Assembly (NCBI GenBank): GCA_049970055.1
Contig: JBMFNR010000002.1
Span: 308,406 to 372,405, forward strand
Length of the DNA: 64,000 bases
Direction: 5' to 3'
Origin: Fervidobacterium sp.
GTDB taxonomy: Bacteria; Thermotogota; Thermotogae; Thermotogales; Fervidobacteriaceae
Part shown: positions 57,398-64,000 of the stretch, piece by piece
How the letters are laid out: the number at the start of each line of letters is the position of its first letter
How positions within the stretch are numbered: the first letter of the stretch is position 1
Position numbers and translations under genes: made by a program
The notes under the pieces: generated by a model
The model's database searches: none
What the model saw: only the letters and a program-made list of their open reading frames with translations
What the model was told of the DNA's origin: nothing

Positions 57398-59728
57398 TCA
57401 TCCAACGTCCAAAAGTTTTATCCTATTACTGTATATTTCCAATACCTTCTTTATTATATCGCTTTCTGGGTAATTTTCAATTATCCATCTTGCATCTTCT
57501 CTTGCTATCATAATTAATTCTGAATCAGAAATCAGGTCGGCAACTTTGAAATCCACCATTCCATGCTGGCGGGTCCCAAAGAATTCCCCTGGTCCTCTCA
57601 ACCTCATATCATACTCCGCAATTTTAAAACCATCTGTTGTTGACGCAAAGAATTGTAATCTGTTCCAGGCTTCTTCGCCAGCTTCGCTTACAATCAAGAA
57701 GCAATAGCTTTGCTTATTTCCCCTTCCAACACGCCCACGCAGTTGGTGTAGTTGAGCGAGACCAAATCTTTCGGCGTTTTCTACAACTATTATTGTTGCG
57801 TTTGGTACATCGACGCCGACTTCTATTACGGAGGTTGAAATGAGTACTTTAATTTCGCCTTTGACAAATTTTCCCATGACTTCATTTTTTTCTATGTCGG
57901 ACATTCTTCCATGAAGTAATCCCACGGGTATGTCTGGGAATGCCTCTTTACTAAGTTTTCTGTACATATCTTCTGCCGCTTTTGCATTAATTTGTTCAGA
58001 CTGTTCGATAAGTGGGTAAACGATGTAAGCTTGGGCGTCGTTTTCAATCACTTGTTCCCTCACAAACTTGTACACTTCTTTTGCTCGTGTGTGTCTGAGC
58101 GTAAATGTTTTAATAACCTTTCTACCTGGTGGCATTTCATCTATGACTGATACATCAAGATCGCCGTAGAGTGTTAGAGATAGTGTTCTTGGTATAGGTG
58201 TGGCTGTCATTATAAGTGTGTCTACAACTTTACCTTTAGAAATAAGTTCCTCTCTTTGTTTGACGCCAAATCTGTGCTGCTCATCAATAATTACAAGTCC
58301 TAAGTTTGCAAAGTGGACATCCTCTTGTATCAAAGCGTGCGTACCGATCACCACATCGAGATCACCATTTTTCAGTGCAAACTTTATTTTATCTTTTTCT
58401 TTTTGACTCGTCGACCCTATAAGTAACGCCACACGTATGCCAAGATCTGTGAGGTGGTTGAATAATTTCTGATAATGTTGAATGGCTAGAATAGACGTAG
58501 GTACCATGAAAGCGCTTTGAAAACCCGCTTCGTAGTTGTCAATTATCGCCAACTCGGCAACGAGTGTTTTTCCACTTCCAACATCACCTTGTAAAAGTCT
58601 GTTCATTGGATTGGGACTTTTCAAATCTTGCCGAATTTCGTTGTGGGCTCTTATCTGGGCATTCGTTAGTTTAAACGGAAGCGAGTTTATAAACTTTTCT
58701 GTCAATTTACCGGTGAATTGCTTGGCAATACCACCTATTTTTTCAATATTCTTCTTAGATATGAAGAGTGCAACCTGGAAAAGTAATAATTCTTCGTACG
58801 CTAACCTTTTTCGCGCAATTTTTTGGTGATATATACTCTTTGGGAAATGCATACCTATGTAGGCACGTTTGATATCTATCAACTTTCTTAACTCAACAAG
58901 TTCGTTCGGGATTAAGTCTTCGTAGTTGCAAACAGCACTTATGTTATCCTGTATGATTTTACGGATGGCTTTTTGAGTTAGATTTTCAGTTAGCGAATAA
59001 ATCGGTAATATCTCGCGTTCAGGACTATCGCTAAGGCTTACTTCTGGGTTTTGTATCTCCATTGCACCAAAAAATCCACGTTTTGGTGTACCACTTACAT
59101 AAACTTCCTTCCCAATTAACTGTTTCAGTTCTAGTTCTTTGAATTCTTGATTGAACCATTTAAGAATTATCTGACTGATTCCGTCTTGCAATAGAGCACT
59201 GATTATAATCAGTTCACCTTTTTTCGTTTTTTCAACACTTTTGATGATTCCTTTGGTTGTTATTTTTTCGTTTTCACGTACAAAGACGAGTGGAATAATT
59301 TTTCTTCTATCTTCGTAATCTCGCGGAAAGTAGTTTATCAAATCACCTATCGTTTCTATCCCAATCTTTCTTAAAAGTTTTTCTCTTGCCGGCCCAACAC
59401 CTTTTGCGTATTTTATCGGTGTCTCAAGTGGCCTTGGTGTTTCGCTACATTCAATAGTAGTAGTTAAATATTTGTTTTTGAACCTCTCCACCATTCCTCG
59501 AATTTGTTGTAATCTTTTAAAAGCCCTTTCTTGTGGCAATTTACTTGAAGATGTTATGTATTGTGAAAATTCGTAAAGTTTCTCCTTTATGGTAGTATCT
59601 GCAAGCAAGGGATCGTCTATCTTTTCTAAGTTATCTTCGATATATTCAATTATGGCATTAAGACTTTCTAGCGAGATGTCTTTGGCGATTTCATAACAGT
59701 TGTCGAGAAATTCCTCGATTAGTAGCAT
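57398..59728 (-). CDS. recG: ATP-dependent DNA helicase RecG
   Basis: LLQGDVGSGKT, IDEQHRFG, TATPIPRT, QLRGRVGRG, RGPGEFFG. Confidence 0.98.
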   Translation of the reverse strand: MLLIEEFLDNCYEIAKDISLESLNAIIEYIEDNLEKIDDPLLADTTIKEKLYEFSQYITSSSKLPQERAFKRLQQIRGMVERFKNKYLTTTIECSETPRPLETPIKYAKGVGPAREKLLRKIGIETIGDLINYFPRDYEDRRKIIPLVFVRENEKITTKGIIKSVEKTKKGELIIISALLQDGISQIILKWFNQEFKELELKQLIGKEVYVSGTPKRGFFGAMEIQNPEVSLSDSPEREILPIYSLTENLTQKAIRKIIQDNISAVCNYEDLIPNELVELRKLIDIKRAYIGMHFPKSIYHQKIARKRLAYEELLLFQVALFISKKNIEKIGGIAKQFTGKLTEKFINSLPFKLTNAQIRAHNEIRQDLKSPNPMNRLLQGDVGSGKTLVAELAIIDNYEAGFQSAFMVPTSILAIQHYQKLFNHLTDLGIRVALLIGSTSQKEKDKIKFALKNGDLDVVIGTHALIQEDVHFANLGLVIIDEQHRFGVKQREELISKGKVVDTLIMTATPIPRTLSLTLYGDLDVSVIDEMPPGRKVIKTFTLRHTRAKEVYKFVREQVIENDAQAYIVYPLIEQSEQINAKAAEDMYRKLSKEAFPDIPVGLLHGRMSDIEKNEVMGKFVKGEIKVLISTSVIEVGVDVPNATIIVVENAERFGLAQLHQLRGRVGRGNKQSYCFLIVSEAGEEAWNRLQFFASTTDGFKIAEYDMRLRGPGEFFGTRQHGMVDFKVADLISDSELIMIAREDARWIIENYPESDIIKKVLEIYSNRIKLLDVG

Positions 59729-59785
59729 ACGCTACCCCCATTTCTCACTTTCTCTTACGTTCTTCAGTAGTACTTCGATAATATT

Positions 59786-60940
59786 TTAATAATACATGTG
59801 AAGATACGTCCATATTCCGCTGTTTTGTAGTTTGAACTTCTTTGTAGCTTTTCCAAAATATTTTTCAAATTTATCTGAAGGATGAAGTAGGTAAAAATTC
59901 CCGTTTGGAAATTTGCTCTTTAGAATTGAAATTTCATTTAATATATCTGAGTCGAGTCGTTTTCCATATGGCAGGTTTGAAATCACATAAGCTTTTTCAT
60001 GATATGAAGGTAAATTTCTAAAATCTAAACATCTGAAATTTATGTGTGCACTTCCTGGAAAAAGTTTTTTAACCATTTGATAGTTTTCTTGCGCAGTTTT
60101 TAGTACTTTACAGTCACGGTCCGATGCAAATATTAATTCCTTCTTTTCTGAATTAATTACTTGGTATTTAACTTCCTGCATAGCTTTTTGCTTGGCTTTT
60201 TGCCATATATTTTTCAGTATAGCCCAACTTTCAGAGACGTACGTTCTTGAAGTGTTTGGAATGTTTAATATGGAAGCCTCTATGGGTATTGTTCCGCTTC
60301 CACAAAACGGGTCAAAAAGGGGAATATTTTCGTTCCATCTTGATAAAATAATTAGGCTTGCTGCAATAGTTTCTCTAAGTGGGGCAATGGAGGATTTCAG
60401 TCTGTATCCTCTTTTGTGCATTCCACTTTTTCCTGTTGTATCGAGAAGCAGGTAAGTGATGTCGTCTTTGAGTATAACTAAGAAAGGATATTCCGCTTTT
60501 CTTTCATCACTACCATGAATATTGTCTATAATGGCCTTTTTTACAACCGAAGCGATGGCACCTGTTGCACTTAATTTTGAATTGGTAACTTTTACCTTTT
60601 CTATTGTGATCTTTGCATCTTTTTCAATTAAATCTCTCGCATTTGAGGTAAATATATTTTCGTACAATTCATCAAATGTTTCAGTTTTGAATTGTTTTAC
60701 CAATAGGGCGATCCTGTCAGGTGTTTTTAGCACCATATTCAAAAATGGGATATCGTTTAACCTAGCATTAAAAAATATCCTCCCGGAGGAGGAGTACACG
60801 ATTTTGTAATTGTACTTTTTTAGCTCAACTGCAACAGCGCCTTCTAACCCAGCAGTGCAGAAGGCAACAAATGTGAAGTTATGATCATTTTCGGTCTTTT
60901 CGTTTTTCAAATTGAATTTCTCCTTTTCAAGTTTTTTCAC
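59786..60940 (-). CDS. THUMP-domain RNA methyltransferase (RlmL/YpsC-like)
   Basis: HKRGYR..APLRETIAA, DPFCGSGTIPIEA, SNLPYG. Confidence 0.88.
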   Translation of the reverse strand: MKKLEKEKFNLKNEKTENDHNFTFVAFCTAGLEGAVAVELKKYNYKIVYSSSGRIFFNARLNDIPFLNMVLKTPDRIALLVKQFKTETFDELYENIFTSNARDLIEKDAKITIEKVKVTNSKLSATGAIASVVKKAIIDNIHGSDERKAEYPFLVILKDDITYLLLDTTGKSGMHKRGYRLKSSIAPLRETIAASLIILSRWNENIPLFDPFCGSGTIPIEASILNIPNTSRTYVSESWAILKNIWQKAKQKAMQEVKYQVINSEKKELIFASDRDCKVLKTAQENYQMVKKLFPGSAHINFRCLDFRNLPSYHEKAYVISNLPYGKRLDSDILNEISILKSKFPNGNFYLLHPSDKFEKYFGKATKKFKLQNSGIWTYLHMYY

Positions 60941-61425
60941 TGAGCTGTAATTATAGAATCGTCTACTACCAGATACGTTGTTCCATCAAAAAGCACTCCG
61001 TCTGTATTTTCTGACTTAGGGTAGAAAAGCATCCTGTTGACGGCATTGTTGTATATTATTTGACCTATGACTTTTCTGCCGGAAATCTGGGCACCAATCC
61101 ACATCTGAGCTTTTCTGTAAAAATACTTTGATGGGTACGATGTTTTCTCGAAACATATAAACAAGTCAGGAGGTAGTTTCACATAATTTTCCGAGATGCC
61201 TATTTCACTACCGATGAGTATTCGAAATATATATTTATCGTATTTCACATCGTTTTTCTTTTCGATTGTGTATTTTGGGGTTTTGTAGTGGAATATGTGA
61301 ACCTTAAATCCATCGAAATAAATAGTGAACGGCACATCAAACAAGTGCCCATTTATAGTTGTAGTTATGAAAATTTCAGTTTCATATTCATCTACTGCAG
61401 CCGGGTTCCCCGAAAAAATAATCAT
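60937..61425 (-). CDS. Hypothetical protein
   Basis: 4-nt overlaps with both neighbours. Confidence 0.6.
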   Translation of the reverse strand: MIIFSGNPAAVDEYETEIFITTTINGHLFDVPFTIYFDGFKVHIFHYKTPKYTIEKKNDVKYDKYIFRILIGSEIGISENYVKLPPDLFICFEKTSYPSKYFYRKAQMWIGAQISGRKVIGQIIYNNAVNRMLFYPKSENTDGVLFDGTTYLVVDDSIITAQ

Positions 61426-62126
61426 CCACCCATCTCTCTTCTAAGTACTTCGTATATCAATATTCCCGCACTAACAGATACGTTTAGAGAATCAATAGTT
61501 TTTCTCATGGGAATAGATACAAGCTCATCGCACGATTCTTTTACAAGTGGTCTGATGCCACTGCCTTCGTTGCCAAAAACAATACCTAAAGGCCTTTCTA
61601 ATTTCACTTGCCAAATTGGTTTTCCATGCATATCCGCGCCATAAATCCATATACCTTGCGATTTTAATTTTTCTATGTACCTTGATAGGTTAACCGTTAT
61701 AGCGATAGGAATTCTGAAAACTGTTCCGGCAGAAGCTTTCACGGCACCTGGTGTTACATGTGCGCTGTTATCTTTTGTTAAGACTACCATGTCTACCCCG
61801 GCAGCTACAGCAGTTCTAATTATCGCACCTAAATTTTGAGGGTCTTGCACTTGGTCGAGTAAAATGATGAATGGATTTTCTGGAATGTAACTGTCATCAG
61901 CGTATTGGAAATCACCAATGTCTATTACAACTCCCTGATTTTTTTCTTCATTACATAATCTTTTTAGAATATTCTTTGGTGCTATCGTATGTGGTAATTT
62001 CCTTTCTCGCACTTGCGTAACTAGTTTCTCTAGTTCAGTATCATGAGAATCTGAAAAATATATCATCTTCACAGGATGATTGCTTGTTAAAATCTCCCTA
62101 AGCACATTTCTACCGTAAACTATCAA
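61422..62126 (-). CDS. rlmB: 23S rRNA Gm2251 methyltransferase (TrmH/SpoU family)
   Basis: DPQNLGAIIRTA, KASAG, GNEGSGI, SLNVSVSAG. Confidence 0.9.
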   Translation of the reverse strand: MIVYGRNVLREILTSNHPVKMIYFSDSHDTELEKLVTQVRERKLPHTIAPKNILKRLCNEEKNQGVVIDIGDFQYADDSYIPENPFIILLDQVQDPQNLGAIIRTAVAAGVDMVVLTKDNSAHVTPGAVKASAGTVFRIPIAITVNLSRYIEKLKSQGIWIYGADMHGKPIWQVKLERPLGIVFGNEGSGIRPLVKESCDELVSIPMRKTIDSLNVSVSAGILIYEVLRREMGG

Positions 62127-62151
62127 ATCTTACCACCTCATGTGCGATTTT

Positions 62152-62904
62152 CTATTTTTCTTTTATTCTATTCCAATACTTGTCGAGTTCTTCAAGTGAT
62201 AAGTCTTCAACTTTTTTACCATCATTTTGAATGAGTTTTTCCATCTTTTCGAATCTGCTAATGAATTTTTCTGTTGCCTTACGTATAGCCACCTCTGGAT
62301 CTACATTTAAAAACCGAGAAAGGTTAACAACGGCGAACAGTAAATCTCCAATCTCTTCCTCAGTTTCCTCAAGAGTTTTTGCATTCTTTAATTCTTCAAT
62401 TTCTTCGTGAACTTTATCCCAGACATCTTCTATCTTTACCCAGTCAAACCCAACGCCTGCTGCGTTCTCTTGAACTCTCCGTGCGAGTGATAATCCAGGC
62501 AACGCATGGTTTACATCCCCAATACTTGTCCTCTTTTTACTTCCCTTTTCCTTTGCTTTGATTTCTTCCCATCTTGCGTATGAGTACCCTTGTGCGTCTC
62601 CAAATACATGTGGGTGTCTTCTGATTAATTTGTCACTCAATGTTTTGATAACGTCAAAAATATCGAATGCGTTACGTTCTTTTGCAATCTGAGCATGAAA
62701 GACTACCTGCAATAACACATCTCCAAGTTCTTCCTTTAGTTCTTCATCATCTCTCATATCTATAGCATTAAGTACTTCATATGCTTCTTCAATTAAATAA
62801 GGCATCAAAGATTCGTGGGTCTGTGCTTTGTCCCAGTCGCAGCCATTTTTACTCCTTAATGTTGCCATTATTTCTACCAGTTTTTCAAATTCTTTTCCAG
62901 CCAC
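62152..62904 (-). CDS. mazG: Nucleoside triphosphate pyrophosphohydrolase
   Basis: GCDWDKAQT, EEAYE, EELGDVLLQVVFH, RRHPHVF, EEIGDLLF. Confidence 0.96.
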   Translation of the reverse strand: MAGKEFEKLVEIMATLRSKNGCDWDKAQTHESLMPYLIEEAYEVLNAIDMRDDEELKEELGDVLLQVVFHAQIAKERNAFDIFDVIKTLSDKLIRRHPHVFGDAQGYSYARWEEIKAKEKGSKKRTSIGDVNHALPGLSLARRVQENAAGVGFDWVKIEDVWDKVHEEIEELKNAKTLEETEEEIGDLLFAVVNLSRFLNVDPEVAIRKATEKFISRFEKMEKLIQNDGKKVEDLSLEELDKYWNRIKEK

Positions 62905-63869
62905 TGCTTAACTTCCTCCATTTCAACTTTTAACGACCGGCTCATCAAAGATTTTATGGACTCCAGTGGAGATTTCCTGTTGTATATAACTTCGTAAACT
63001 TCCTTTATTATCGGTAAATCGAACTTGTCTCCGTAATTTTCAACGATCGCCTTGCACGTGTAGGCACCTTCTACTACTTCTTTACTTGCTCTAAGCAAAT
63101 TCATTGGATCAAATTCTTTTGTTAACATTTCGCCGTATCTTCTATTTCTACTGTGTCTGCTGTTGCATGTAACAATGAGATCCCCCAAGCCAGCAAGTCC
63201 CATAAAGGTTAATGGGTTTGCTCCAAAATTAACTGAAAATCTTATTATTTCATACAACCCCCGAGTTATGAGTGCAGCTTTTGCGTTATCCCAACCTCCA
63301 AGTCCATCAATAATACCAGCCGCGATAGCTATAACATTCTTTAAAGCGCCCGCAAGCTCAATACCTGTTATATCGTTGTGTATGTAAACTCTGAAATAAT
63401 CATTTGAAAATTCCTTTTGAAATACTTCCGCATAAGCTCCGGCTACCACAACCGCTGTTGGTAATTTTTTAGCAACTTCTTCGGCGTGTGATGGGCCAGA
63501 GAGGATGGCATATTCACATCTTAATGTTTCGTTTACTATTTCTGAAATCCTTCGACCTGTTGAAACTTCGATCCCCTTTGAAAGGTTAAGTACAACATTC
63601 GGCTTATAGTCTACTTTTTCTAACACACTCCTCACAAACTGTGTAGGAGTTGCTATAACAAGAACATCATAGTGTTTACCAGCAGAGATATCATCTGTAA
63701 CGGGCACATGCAATGCTACATCAGGTAAGTGCGGCATGGACTTGCTGTTGTTTAATCTAGTGGCTAGTTCAGTTGTATGTGCCCATATCATCACGTCTTG
63801 TCCATTATCTTTCAAAAGTTGTGCGATTGTGCAGCCCCAACTCCCAGCACCTAAAACGAAATAACGCAT
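62874..63869 (-). CDS. gpsA: NAD(P)H-dependent glycerol-3-phosphate dehydrogenase
   Basis: GAGSWG, LSGPSHAEEV, GALKNVIAIA, GDLIVTC..SRNR. Confidence 0.97.
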   Translation of the reverse strand: MRYFVLGAGSWGCTIAQLLKDNGQDVMIWAHTTELATRLNNSKSMPHLPDVALHVPVTDDISAGKHYDVLVIATPTQFVRSVLEKVDYKPNVVLNLSKGIEVSTGRRISEIVNETLRCEYAILSGPSHAEEVAKKLPTAVVVAGAYAEVFQKEFSNDYFRVYIHNDITGIELAGALKNVIAIAAGIIDGLGGWDNAKAALITRGLYEIIRFSVNFGANPLTFMGLAGLGDLIVTCNSRHSRNRRYGEMLTKEFDPMNLLRASKEVVEGAYTCKAIVENYGDKFDLPIIKEVYEVIYNRKSPLESIKSLMSRSLKVEMEEVKQWLEKNLKNW

Positions 63870-63893
63870 GTTTACACCTCATTTTAGTAGCTT

Positions 63894-64000
63894 TTATTCA
63901 GCCCTGACAAAATCAGCAATAGCTTTCACTGACCATTTGACGGCAGGTGTTCGATAGGGGTTTGATGCACTATCGAGTTTTATTATCCATTCTTCACTTC
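63894..64000 (-). CDS. 3' end of a gene entering from beyond the window
   Basis: Open frame ..SEEWIIKLDSASNPYRTPAVKWSVKAIADFVRAE* ending just upstream of the gpsA RBS. Confidence 0.5.
   Translation of the reverse strand, partial: SEEWIIKLDSASNPYRTPAVKWSVKAIADFVRAE

Overview
AT-rich bacterial chromosome segment. Gene content (Thermotoga-type RecG and TopA, SpoVS, tRNA-Arg(UCG), outer-membrane barrel proteins) suggests Thermotogota, possibly Fervidobacterium-like; this assignment is inference. Most of 37-64 kb is housekeeping: 8 tRNAs, rpmH-rnpA-yidD-yidC-jag, truB, pheS, topA, alr, rpmB, pyk, gcvH, recG, mazG, gpsA. Three accessory loci stand out. (1) 36-9138 is a five-gene operon of four lipoproteins plus a beta-barrel/OB-fold protein, built combinatorially from shared modules (OB-fold pairs, a thermonuclease, a catalytically degenerate thermonuclease copy, FN3-like and GLUG-type domains). 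It is a candidate cell-surface nucleic-acid capture, degradation and uptake system. (2) 20775-25126 is a type IV minor-pilin cluster with an FG-GAP putative tip adhesin. (3) 27908-34930 is a LacI-controlled sugar operon in which an apparent deletion joined a truncated EamA transporter to an unannotated 3' remnant resembling a fucose/arabinose-type isomerase. No CRISPR array, transposase, integrase or rRNA was seen. All protein family calls come from motif recognition, not database searches.
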